A DNA stretch of 23,412 nucleotides, taken from assembly GCA_050010515.1 (NCBI GenBank), contig JBEKKX010000038.1, positions 1 to 23,412 of the forward strand, in the 5' to 3' direction. Position 1 is the first letter of the stretch. Every line of letters starts with the position of its first letter. The notes below the pieces were generated by a model. That model was not told the DNA's origin. It made no database searches and worked only from the letters and a program-made list of their open reading frames with translations. Positions 8,452 to 17,390 of the stretch are shown in pieces. Origin of the DNA: Candidatus Bathyarchaeia archaeon (GTDB taxonomy: Archaea > Thermoproteota > Bathyarchaeia > Bathyarchaeales > Bathycorpusculaceae). A program made the translations under genes and the position numbers.

Positions 8452-9798
8452 ATGAGAAAGACGATATTTAAAAAGCTTGAAGCGCAAGGGCTAATTGCGA
8501 ATTATAATCGTTTAAGAAAGAATTTGCCGCCTAAACTTCCCGATCGAGTGTTTATTTGGGATGAAACCTTCAGGGAAGGCATCAAAGCGCCAACCGTTTA
8601 TTTAACTTATGTTGAGCAAGTTAGGCTGGCGAAGTTAATGGACGAAGCAGGCGTCTCTGAGATTAACGTGGGTTTCCCAGCTTTGTCCGAAGATGAAAAA
8701 CGCAATGTTAAACGCATCGTAAACGAAAGCTTCTCAAACGCAAAGCTTACGGCTTCGGCTGAGCCAACCATAAACAGTGTAGGCGCCTGCCTAGAATGCG
8801 GTATAAAAGAAGTAACCATCGAGACACCCTTTAATGGTTTAAGTTTGCAATATAAGTTGAAATTAACTAAAGAGCAAGCCCAACAAAGAATAGTTGAAAG
8901 TATAGATTACGCAAAAAAGCATGGAGCAACCGTGACTTTCCTTCTTATGGATGGCACTAGAACCCCGCTTGAAGATATTTTACAAGTTTTTGAAGCAGCA
9001 GCCACCGCTGGGGCAAGAAGGTTAGCGATAGCTGACAGTGTTGGGTTCATAAGACCGCTTTCTATGCGGTATTTAATGTCGCACGTTCGAGATGGTTTAC
9101 CTGATTCTGTGAAAAATAAAGTAGCGCTTTCAATTCACTGTCACAACGATTTCGGGTTGGCAACCGCAAACACTCTGGCTGCTGTGGAAGAAGGCGTGTC
9201 ATACGTGCACACATGCATCGCGGGCTTTGGTGAACGCGCTGGAATAGCTCCGTTTGAAGAAGTTGTAACAGCGTTAGAGCTCCTCTACAATATTGACACG
9301 GGCGTTGATTTAGGAAAAATTTACAGGATAGCTCAAACAGCTGAAAAAGCCTTCGCTTTACCTATTCAATTCCATAAGCCCATAATTGGCGAAAACATTT
9401 TCACCCATGAAGTAGAAGAGGACGTAGAGGAAATGATGGCTCACCCATTGGTTTTCGAGCCTTTCCCACCTGAAATCGTAGGCAGAGAAACAACAATTTT
9501 CGTCGGAAGAAACACTGAGCAGACACTCATACAGAAGCTTTTGGAGAAAGCAGGAATCAGAGCTTCACCACGGCAAATGGACGAGCTCTTCAGGCGCATT
9601 AAGGGTCCGCAGGAAAGCTTAGACAAAGGCGAAGCCCAAATGATTTATTACCAAGTGAAAAAACTCATGAAGGAGCTGCTTAAGGGCTATACCATGGAAG
9701 AGTTCTGGCGTTTAGTTGAACAGGTAACAAGGCAAAAACCCAAATTGCCGAAAGACAAACTACAATCTCAGCAAACAGCTGATCAATTGATAACTTAA
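8452..9798 (+). CDS. DRE-TIM metallolyase of the homocitrate/2-isopropylmalate/citramalate synthase family, divergent, without a LeuA regulatory domain
   Basis: Motifs DETFREG, VGFP, DGTRT, ADSVG, HCHNDFGLATANTLAA, GFGERAG, KPIIGENIF. Confidence 0.85.
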   Translation: MRKTIFKKLEAQGLIANYNRLRKNLPPKLPDRVFIWDETFREGIKAPTVYLTYVEQVRLAKLMDEAGVSEINVGFPALSEDEKRNVKRIVNESFSNAKLTASAEPTINSVGACLECGIKEVTIETPFNGLSLQYKLKLTKEQAQQRIVESIDYAKKHGATVTFLLMDGTRTPLEDILQVFEAAATAGARRLAIADSVGFIRPLSMRYLMSHVRDGLPDSVKNKVALSIHCHNDFGLATANTLAAVEEGVSYVHTCIAGFGERAGIAPFEEVVTALELLYNIDTGVDLGKIYRIAQTAEKAFALPIQFHKPIIGENIFTHEVEEDVEEMMAHPLVFEPFPPEIVGRETTIFVGRNTEQTLIQKLLEKAGIRASPRQMDELFRRIKGPQESLDKGEAQMIYYQVKKLMKELLKGYTMEEFWRLVEQVTRQKPKLPKDKLQSQQTADQLIT

Positions 9799-10817
9799 CA
9801 GAGTTTCAGTTGCTTTTTTATTTTTTCTATCTCTTCTTGGCTTGTTTTTCTCGGGTAATTGTAGATTGGTCCGCTTGGTTTTTCATTGTAAAAGGGTCGA
9901 TTGCAATTTGGGCAGCCGGAGGTAAGAAAGGGCGTTCCATCTTCAATTATCTGTTTTAACCTATGGCTTACTATACCGAAATTTGTTATTTTGTCCTCAT
10001 TATCAAAATGCATATTCTCATACCTTACTAAACCATTAACCATTAAGAACCTCATAAGTTGCACTCGCCTGTATGATTCAAGCGGCGGCGGAGAATTATT
10101 TTCCAATCTTGTGCCTCGAATTGGTGTGAAAGCGAAAAGAGCTGGCAGAACACTCATGTCTACGCATTTTTGAATTATTTGTGCTGCTTCTTTTTCTGTC
10201 TCGCCTAGTCCAACAATCAGGTGAGTGCTCACGTTTCCCTTTCCAAAAACCGCTATGGCTTCACTTAATAGGCTGAACTGGTTTTCCCAACCGTAAGAGT
10301 TGCCTGCATCTTTACCCTTAACTTTATCGAATAAGGCTTCGGTTGCCGCATCCAATGCTATGCCTAATCTGTCAACGCCTGCCTTTGCCAAAAGCTCAAT
10401 ATTGACGGCATTAAGCGGTTGACAAGAAACCGAAACTGGAACCGCAGCTTTTTTCTTTATCTCCTTCACGAGCGCTTCAAGATGCACAAAAACTTGTGGG
10501 TAATTTAGGGCTTGGATGCATACCCGCTTAATTTTTCCCTGTCTAGCCATGGTGCCGAGCGCTGTTAGAACGTTTGGGGTTGGAAAGGTTGGCCATGAAA
10601 CCCTTGACAGCAGTTCCGTGTTGCTTTTGCTTCCTCTGGCTTGGGGGCAGAAACCGCAGTTAGCCGTGCACTTGCCCATCTTGTAAGTCATCAGGTACGC
10701 CGTCGTAGGCTCAGCATCTAACTTCCCTTTTAACAGTTCAAGAACTATAGCAGTGCCTGTTGAAACACGAATTTGCTCTGGTAAGCCGCTTTGGTTTGGG
10801 CATGTTTTTTCTGTCAA
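9795..10817 (-). CDS. lipS2: Radical SAM enzyme, biotin-synthase-like, LipS2-type archaeal lipoyl synthase component
   Basis: CTANCGFC (CxxxCxxC), LSRVSWP, THLIVGLGE, LFAFTP and C-terminal TSGCPNCNRP matching the TxGCPxC(N/D)RP signature of LipS2. Start placed at TTG 10817 (GGTG upstream); the ORF is open to 10886. Confidence 0.75.
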   Translation of the reverse strand: MTEKTCPNQSGLPEQIRVSTGTAIVLELLKGKLDAEPTTAYLMTYKMGKCTANCGFCPQARGSKSNTELLSRVSWPTFPTPNVLTALGTMARQGKIKRVCIQALNYPQVFVHLEALVKEIKKKAAVPVSVSCQPLNAVNIELLAKAGVDRLGIALDAATEALFDKVKGKDAGNSYGWENQFSLLSEAIAVFGKGNVSTHLIVGLGETEKEAAQIIQKCVDMSVLPALFAFTPIRGTRLENNSPPPLESYRRVQLMRFLMVNGLVRYENMHFDNEDKITNFGIVSHRLKQIIEDGTPFLTSGCPNCNRPFYNEKPSGPIYNYPRKTSQEEIEKIKKQLKLC

Positions 10818-11159
10818 AGGCTGCACCGAAATTAAAGGTAGCATAATGAGAAAACGGTATATTAGTTTAGGGCTATATGTAATCATGTTTTCTAGCTAAC
10901 TTATTGTGCGGCTTGCAAGTAGACTAAGAAAAATCCTCTTAAGGAATTACGATTAATTTTCGCATTGACTGGCACTTTTATGGCATTATTTGCTTGCTTT
11001 TCTTGCTGCTTTAAGATTAAGATGCCTATCTATCAATTAAGAAATTTTGACTTAAAAATCTAGGAATAACAAGAAAGTGAATTGACGAGTGCAACTCGGC
11101 TTTGATTCTGTCGGCAGTCCTGAAGGCAGTCTTGGGATCCGCGCTAGAGAATTTGCGCT

Positions 11160-12575
11160 TTAGAACAGACAGGGTCCTTGGTTTCTCACTTCGTTTCCTG
11201 ATTCTACAACTATGGGAAGCACTTCTTTGAGCTCTCTGAACTGCTTCAGTACTGTCACACCGAGTTGCGTGATCGCATAGAATTTTCTTTCTTTTCCAAT
11301 GATATTCACTTCAACCAGCCCCTGCTTAGATAAGAAGTCAAGGCACTCCCTCAGCAAGTTGCAGTTGACGTTAGCATTGTGCATGACCTGCATCAGCTTC
11401 AACGGACCCCCGCGAGCCAAGACCTCCAAGATATCCACATACATTTCCAGTTGAGGCCGTCTCATAGTTTTAGCCTTCTCTTCTGCAAGTAAACTTGGTT
11501 TACCTTGGTACGCTTGAATAGCGCACGCGTTAGATACACCTGAAACCTGTGGGGCTATGTTTTCGTTGCTTTTGAAGACTTGTTCAGAGGAGATCAGCGT
11601 TTCCTCGACCAGAGTGCATAGTTCATCCAGAATCAAAGCCAACTTTTCGCCTTTAGCAGTCAGGCAATAGGTTTTAGGCATTTTTCTCGTGAACACCAGC
11701 TTCTTTCCCTTCAGTCCTCTCAGACACTTGTAGGTTGTTCTCATGACAAGTCCTGTTTTTTCGGCGAGTTTCTGAGCAGAAATTCCCTTGTCAGGTATGT
11801 CGTTGTAAACTTTGCTTTCGGTGGAGGAAACCGTTTCTTTTGCAGGGTCGCGTTTTGATCTGAAGAAGAATATGTAATCTCTTTCTTTAGGCGTTTCTAT
11901 CAGGTTCATCGTTTTCAGTCTCTTTAGGATTCGCGAGACGATCTTTTGGGAGACAAGCCCGTTTATGTCTTCAAAGGTTTTGGGTCCGCTGAGCAAAGCT
12001 TTGAGTACAGTTTCTTCGTAGCACTCGGAATGAGCAGGTAGAGAGTTTACTATGTTAGCTGAACCTTCGATCAATTCTATGAGTCTGCCGCCGAACGTTG
12101 TCGTGTGGTACTGGTCTTGAGCCTCGACGGCAAGCCCAACTTCTAGCAATGGATGCAAGTACTCTTCAACTATGTTGTCTTGACTGTGTGAGTGGCCCGT
12201 CTTTCTGAGTTCTTGTTGAAGCTTGCGCACTGTATAGTGGCCTTTAGCAATCGTCATTAGAATGTGCAGTCGCGTGTCGTTTTTCAGTACGTTCATTAGG
12301 TCTTTCATGAAGTCTGGGTTTTCAATGGTCTCGTGTAGTCTTCTAAGCTCGTTCTTCAATTTCCAGGTTTTGCAGCGTGAGATGCATTCGAGCGGAGTTA
12401 GTGGGGTGCACTTCCGGCATTTCTCATCTAAGATTCTGAGCATTGCTGCGAAGTCACGATTTTTTTCCACGTTTCTGGTCGTTGCCAGTACGTTTAGCGC
12501 GCGTGTCGGATTCCAAAAGGTTTCCTGTGTAATATTGGGCGCGCGTTCTGTAGCCGCTTTTTCGATTGTTGCCAT
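11160..12575 (-). CDS. Multi-winged-helix DNA-binding protein with an N-terminal Cys cluster and a C-terminal ArnR1/HTH_45-like wHTH
   Basis: ATG 12575 follows GGTGAG. CRKC-x7-CISRC; three internal HTH-like segments; final module MRRPQLEMYVDIL...YAITQLG starts at internal ATG 11465. Confidence 0.75.
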   Translation of the reverse strand: MATIEKAATERAPNITQETFWNPTRALNVLATTRNVEKNRDFAAMLRILDEKCRKCTPLTPLECISRCKTWKLKNELRRLHETIENPDFMKDLMNVLKNDTRLHILMTIAKGHYTVRKLQQELRKTGHSHSQDNIVEEYLHPLLEVGLAVEAQDQYHTTTFGGRLIELIEGSANIVNSLPAHSECYEETVLKALLSGPKTFEDINGLVSQKIVSRILKRLKTMNLIETPKERDYIFFFRSKRDPAKETVSSTESKVYNDIPDKGISAQKLAEKTGLVMRTTYKCLRGLKGKKLVFTRKMPKTYCLTAKGEKLALILDELCTLVEETLISSEQVFKSNENIAPQVSGVSNACAIQAYQGKPSLLAEEKAKTMRRPQLEMYVDILEVLARGGPLKLMQVMHNANVNCNLLRECLDFLSKQGLVEVNIIGKERKFYAITQLGVTVLKQFRELKEVLPIVVESGNEVRNQGPCLF

Positions 12576-12576
12576 T

Positions 12577-12948
12577 TCACAACTCACCCGCTTCATCACA
12601 CAGTGGACATTGCGCACAACAAACGATGCTTTCAAACAGGTTTTTCAAACACACTTGATTTGCGATTTTGCTGCATTTCGTAAACGGTTGTGATACTTGT
12701 TTGTACTTTAGTATATCAACATCAAAGACGGAATAGCCCGATTTGCCGTTAGATAGCCAAACTTCAAGAGTCTTGCTTCGGAACAGTTCTTGGATTGTTT
12801 TGGCCTCTTGTTCGGTTATCAGCGGTTGCAGGATTGTCTTTCCTTCTATTTCGAATATCGCCATTGTAACGCACTTCGTCTCAGAGCTTAACGGCGCTAC
12901 AGACTCGCAAGCGAGATCTTGAACTTGACCAGATCCACATCTTTTCAT
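12577..12948 (-). CDS. Cys-rich hypothetical protein, probably translationally coupled to the multi-wHTH gene
   Basis: ATG 12948 follows GAGGAG; C-terminal C-x7-C...CCAQCPLC; its stop lies 1 nt before the next ATG. Confidence 0.6.
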   Translation of the reverse strand: MKRCGSGQVQDLACESVAPLSSETKCVTMAIFEIEGKTILQPLITEQEAKTIQELFRSKTLEVWLSNGKSGYSVFDVDILKYKQVSQPFTKCSKIANQVCLKNLFESIVCCAQCPLCDEAGEL

Positions 12949-13127
12949 AGCTGCTCCTCTGACGGTGAATACATGAGTGTATTTTCCGATAAAACGGTTC
13001 TTGTAAAGATTTATTGACACAAAAAAAATGTACTGAATAAGGATGATTCCGCTATTTATTGACTAAACGGGGCATCAGGTTTTTCCACAGATAAATTAAT
13101 TTAACTGAGCACGTTAGGTGTATCAAA

Positions 13128-14444
13128 GTGCTTGGGATGTCTGGTTCGGAGGAAGAAACCTACTCGGCAATGTTCAGTTCTTTAAGGCATCCGGCACGCC
13201 GCAAAATCCTTAGGATGCTTTCGGAAAAATCAATGACCTTTTCCGAGATTCTTGATCACCTCGGGATTCCAAGTTCACATTTGACCTATCACCTTGAAAA
13301 CCTCGGCGAACTGGTGGCGAAGAAAGAGGACGGAAAATACAAGTTATCCAGTTTCGGCGAAGCCGCTGTGGTAATGATGAAGGGAGCGGAAGAGGTTCCT
13401 GCAGTCCAAAAGAAAAGCTTTTCGTCGTTGCCTTTGAGGTGGAAGTCGCTGTATGCAATCTTCATAATAGTCATTGTGATTTTGGCAAGCATGTCCTACG
13501 GTCAATACGCCTCCTATAATCAGTTGTCTAAGGACTACGGCACTTTGGGCGCTAGTTTTGAAAAGGCGCAATTGCAGAATCAGCAATTGCTCTCGGGGAG
13601 CTCCTCCACTTACAAGGCGATGACTATGATAAAGGACGTTTTCCAGATAGATGTCACAAAATACCAAGTGACCCTTCTCAGTGACACTGCAAAACCCGCA
13701 GCCGATCTGGGAGGCATTGTTGAGGAAGTGCTGACATACTCTCTCGTGAACAACGCAAGCGACATTAACTTGGTCTTAACGTTTAGGAACGGTAACTTCT
13801 CGCTTTTTCAGCTCAACGTGATTGAAGGAGTGTCGTCCTTCACCCCGATCTACACTCAACATCAGCCGACTGACTTCTTAACGGCGGTAAGAGACATTAT
13901 AACAAGATACGCGTCTGTTGAGAATGATTCCTACCTGAAAGAGATGAGCCAGCTTCTATCCGTAGCCAACGAAACGCAGCAGGACCAAACCCTGGGCAAC
14001 GTCAAGCTAGAAATTTCTATAAACGGAGATAATGCTCAGTTCGTGTTACTATACACGGAGAATAACGTCGATTTCGCCGCCAAAAGTCTCCAAATAGTGT
14101 TTGAAAACGGCATCCTGGCCTCTTTGAGTGACGATTGGTCGCTCTACTCGATCGGAAGCACCCAAGTGAACATCTCTCAAGATCAAGCAATTCAAATCGC
14201 CAGAGGCGCGGTGAACACGTTCGCTTGGAACGCGAGCGGAGTGCAAATTTCCAATTTCACCGTGCTTCAAGAGCCCGTCTCGGCGGTGTTCTTTCCTAAA
14301 CCTCGAATAGATCTTTCCTTATTCCCTTACTGGTACATCACACTGTATCTCGACAAGGTTTACCCTGGAGGAGTTAACAGCATAGGCGTCGGGATATGGG
14401 CAGACACTGGACAGGTCGCGAACATCCAAGCGCTAAGCAGCTAA
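13128..14444 (+). CDS. Membrane-anchored one-component regulator: ArsR-type wHTH, TM helix, large extracytoplasmic domain
   Basis: FSSLRHPARRKIL...SSHLTYHLENL...Y.LS.FG; TM LYAIFIIVIVILASM; C-terminal ISQDQAIQIA...PYWYITL...IWADTGQV resembling a PepSY-like fold. Confidence 0.8.
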   Translation: MLGMSGSEEETYSAMFSSLRHPARRKILRMLSEKSMTFSEILDHLGIPSSHLTYHLENLGELVAKKEDGKYKLSSFGEAAVVMMKGAEEVPAVQKKSFSSLPLRWKSLYAIFIIVIVILASMSYGQYASYNQLSKDYGTLGASFEKAQLQNQQLLSGSSSTYKAMTMIKDVFQIDVTKYQVTLLSDTAKPAADLGGIVEEVLTYSLVNNASDINLVLTFRNGNFSLFQLNVIEGVSSFTPIYTQHQPTDFLTAVRDIITRYASVENDSYLKEMSQLLSVANETQQDQTLGNVKLEISINGDNAQFVLLYTENNVDFAAKSLQIVFENGILASLSDDWSLYSIGSTQVNISQDQAIQIARGAVNTFAWNASGVQISNFTVLQEPVSAVFFPKPRIDLSLFPYWYITLYLDKVYPGGVNSIGVGIWADTGQVANIQALSS

Positions 14445-14677
14445 GCGGAGAGGTAAGTTAAGCTTGGGAGAAACTTAAAACGGTAATTTCAGTTTATTAA
14501 AGCCCTTTCTTGGCTCGCAGGAGCAAAGCCCGAAACAGAAGCCCTTCAGCATTCGCGGATCAGCCTTTCCAAAAAAGCAACTGACGTTTAGGTTGGCAAA
14601 GCTTTATTATGTCACTGTGAAATTTTACATTCGGTTGAAACGAAATGCTTGCGATCTTCTATGTGGCGTGAGTTGGT

Positions 14678-15343
14678 TTGGCGGTGAAGTTAACTGATTT
14701 AGGCTTCTTAAAAGGCATAATTGCAGAGTGCATAGTTTCCACTTACAATATAAATGGGAAACCTGACGCAGCGCCAATGGGGGTCATCATGGAGGATGAG
14801 CAGCATCTCATCGTCAACCTTTTCAATTCGTCAACAACCTGCAGCAACATTAAAGCCAACAGGTGCGCGGTTGTAAATTTAACAAGCAACATAGAGGTTT
14901 TTTACAAAACAGCCTTCAAAGAAGCAAACCCTGACGGCAAACTGCCTCAAGAATGGTTTGAGCAAGCAAAAGCTGTTAACGCGCCTAAACTACGTTTTGC
15001 AGATGCAACCATTGATGTTTCAGTCACTGATATGACGTCAATTGGCACATTAAAAACCAGAGTCGTGTGCAACGTAGAGTTAGTGCAGGCGACACGGAAA
15101 TTTCCTCAGGTGCACTGCCGCGCCATGGACGCAACACTTGAAGCCATTATACATGCAACCCGCGTGAAAGCTTTTCTAAACGATGAAGGGAAACAAAAAA
15201 AAGTTAGCAAACTCTTGGAACTGATCGGTAACTGTAATGATGTGGTGAATCGGGTAGCTCCGAACTCAGCTTACTCTATAGTTATGGCTGATTTGATGGA
15301 AAGAATAGATTCATGGAGGAACAAAACTGAAGGTTTACGTTAA
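14678..15343 (+). CDS. DUF447 family protein (associated with pterin/methanopterin clusters)
   Basis: E.IVST...P.AAPMGV, S.T..NI, LEAIIHATR motifs; position in a pterin biosynthesis cluster. Confidence 0.8.
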   Translation: MAVKLTDLGFLKGIIAECIVSTYNINGKPDAAPMGVIMEDEQHLIVNLFNSSTTCSNIKANRCAVVNLTSNIEVFYKTAFKEANPDGKLPQEWFEQAKAVNAPKLRFADATIDVSVTDMTSIGTLKTRVVCNVELVQATRKFPQVHCRAMDATLEAIIHATRVKAFLNDEGKQKKVSKLLELIGNCNDVVNRVAPNSAYSIVMADLMERIDSWRNKTEGLR

Positions 15344-15501
15344 AAGCCCAGCTCAGCTGCATCTGGGATTAATAGATTTAAACGTGGACTTAAGCCAAAT
15401 GTTTAGAGGCTTAGGAGTACGCATAGACCAGCCGAACGTCATCGTTGAAGCTGAATGCGAAAGCAAACAATAAGGGAGCAACCATTAAACTTGTCAATTA
15501 A
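15327..15501 (+). pseudogene. mptG: Internally deleted beta-ribofuranosylaminobenzene 5'-phosphate (RFAP) synthase
   Basis: After GGAGGA: LKVYVKSPAQLHLGLIDLNVDLSQMFRGLGVRIDQPNVIVEAE (family N-terminus P(A/S)RLH.GLIDL.G..GR..GG.G). In another frame from 15457: AKANNKGATIKLVN* (family C-terminal N.GA motif). Confidence 0.8.
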
Positions 15502-15517
15502 CAAAACGGACAAAGAT

Positions 15518-17077
15518 TTGAGGGTGCTCTTGATTACAGGTGCACTTGCAGAGGACACGGTTAAACGCTATGCACAAGAAAGCAGCGTAAACACCGAAAC
15601 AGTTGCCCTCAAGATTCCAGTTGCAGCCCTGTTAACTCCTGAAACCATCGCCAAAGGCCTAAAAGATGTTGACGTAACGGGTTTTGACGTGATTTTGGTG
15701 CCAGGGCTCATCCGAGGAGACACATCCGTAATTACAAAAGCGTTTGGCGTCCAGACCTTTAAAGGTCCAAGCTACGCTGCTGATTTGCCAACGGTGCTGG
15801 ATTCGCTGGGAGAAGTTCAGCTTTCAACAGTTGTGCCCGCGTGCGATTTGCTGCGGGAGAAGCTTCAGAAAAAAGCCTTGCAGGAAATAGAGAAGGCAGA
15901 GCAAAACCGTGAAGAACTGCTAAAGAAACCCGGCAGCATGTTGATTAGGGACTTGGCGGTTGGCAGAGACTTTCCCATGCGCGTCTTAGCTGAAATCGTT
16001 GATGCACCATTAATGGATAAGGAAACAATTCAGAGGTTAGCAAAACACTTCGTCAAGGCTGGCGCAGACATTATCGATGTTGGTATGGTTGCAGGCGAAT
16101 CCAGACCTTCAGATGCAAAACGCATTGTTACATTTGTGAAGCAAGTTGTGGATGTGCCTGTGAGCATAGATTCGCTTGATCCAGCAGAGGTTCGAGCGGC
16201 GGTTCACGCTGGCGCTGACCTCGTATTGAGTGCTGATGCAGGAAACATTGACGCGATTGCACCCTATGTCTCTAATGTTGCTGTAGTTGTTATCCCGACA
16301 AATCAGCGCCAAGGGTGTTTCCCAAAAAAAGCTGAAGACCGCGTCAAGTTCATGGAGGAAATACTTGAGAAAGCAAAGAAGTTAGGCGTGACAAGGTGCC
16401 TGGCGGATTTGATTCTTGAGTCGTCAGACGTTTTGGAATCGTTTATTGCTTTTCGCCAATTCGCTGACAGAAATCGGAATGTGCCTTTGTTTGTTGGCGT
16501 TTCGAATGTTACTGAATTGATGGATGCGGATTCCATTGGCGTTAACGCTTTGCTGGCGCGGTTATCATCTGAGGTTGGCGCAAGCATCCTGTTGGCGACC
16601 GAAAAAAGTGACAAAGCGAAGGGAACTGTAGGTGAGGAAGTTGCTGCGGCTAAGATGATGTTTCTGGCAAAAAAACGTTGTTCAGTACCAAAAGATCTTG
16701 GCGTAGACCTGCTGTTACTTAAGGACAAAAGGAACCGGGAAGAATCGTACGACAAAGCTTTTGAAAAAAACGTGCAAGTGATTGCAGCCGAAAAACCTGA
16801 TTTAACGATGTTGGATGCGAAAGGCTCCTTCACGATAATGGTGGATCGCATTGGCAAAGACATAGTTGCGCTGCATTATGCTTCTACGAAGATGGAGAAG
16901 CCGGATAAGATAATCAAGGGCAAAACCGCTGACGCCGTTTACGCAAAGATTATTGAGTTGGGTTTGGTTTCAAGAGAAGACCACGTGGCGTACTTGGGGA
17001 GTGAATTGGCAAAAGCTGAAATTGCCCTGCGAACTGGGAAAGAGTACATTCAAGATAGAGCGATGTTTACAAAGTAG
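15518..17077 (+). CDS. Dihydropteroate synthase-like protein (MJ0107/Orf20 type: DUF6513-like N-terminus, pterin-binding barrel, DUF4346-like C-terminus)
   Basis: LLITG.LA, VAALLT, KGP, VLAEIVDAP, GADIIDVG, SIDS, GVSNVTELMDADSIGVNALL, PKDLG, DH.AYLG.EL.KAEIAL. TTG 15518 is preferred because 15455-15501 belongs to the mptG relic. Confidence 0.85.
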   Translation: MRVLLITGALAEDTVKRYAQESSVNTETVALKIPVAALLTPETIAKGLKDVDVTGFDVILVPGLIRGDTSVITKAFGVQTFKGPSYAADLPTVLDSLGEVQLSTVVPACDLLREKLQKKALQEIEKAEQNREELLKKPGSMLIRDLAVGRDFPMRVLAEIVDAPLMDKETIQRLAKHFVKAGADIIDVGMVAGESRPSDAKRIVTFVKQVVDVPVSIDSLDPAEVRAAVHAGADLVLSADAGNIDAIAPYVSNVAVVVIPTNQRQGCFPKKAEDRVKFMEEILEKAKKLGVTRCLADLILESSDVLESFIAFRQFADRNRNVPLFVGVSNVTELMDADSIGVNALLARLSSEVGASILLATEKSDKAKGTVGEEVAAAKMMFLAKKRCSVPKDLGVDLLLLKDKRNREESYDKAFEKNVQVIAAEKPDLTMLDAKGSFTIMVDRIGKDIVALHYASTKMEKPDKIIKGKTADAVYAKIIELGLVSREDHVAYLGSELAKAEIALRTGKEYIQDRAMFTK

Positions 17078-17339
17078 TGGTTTCAGAAGCCGACTTTTCT
17101 TGCGTTGATTTTGCTTCATAAAATCTTCTCTAAAAACAAAACTTCGATATTGACACATAAATGTATAATTTGAACAGCTGAAAAAGCATGGAAAAAACCC
17201 TCAATTAGTCGTCTGATTTTAGGGTTATTTTGCTTATAGCGCCTATTTTTGAACCGTTTCAGCGGTTGCGCCAGAATGTTTAGCCTTTAGCAAATTTTAA
17301 ATACAAATTGAAGTCAATTGTAACTTTGAGGTTATTAGA

Positions 17340-17390
17340 GTGGCTAAAGCTCCAAAGAAAGAAGAGAAAAAGGTTAAAAAGAAGAAATAA
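17340..17390 (+). CDS. Candidate 16-aa lysine-rich micropeptide MAKAPKKEEKKVKKKK
   Basis: TTTTAAATA box at ~17295, GAGGT 7 nt before GTG, and a T-rich tract after the stop. Confidence 0.5.
   Translation: MAKAPKKEEKKVKKKK

Noticed and set aside
15455-15517. N-terminal extension of the DHPS-like ORF given by the ORF track
   Set aside because: It overlaps the mptG relic in another frame; family-like sequence begins at LRVLLITG (TTG 15518).
17150-17169. Bacterial sigma70 promoter TTGACA...TATAAT
   Set aside because: Spacing is 8 nt rather than about 17, and the context is archaeal.
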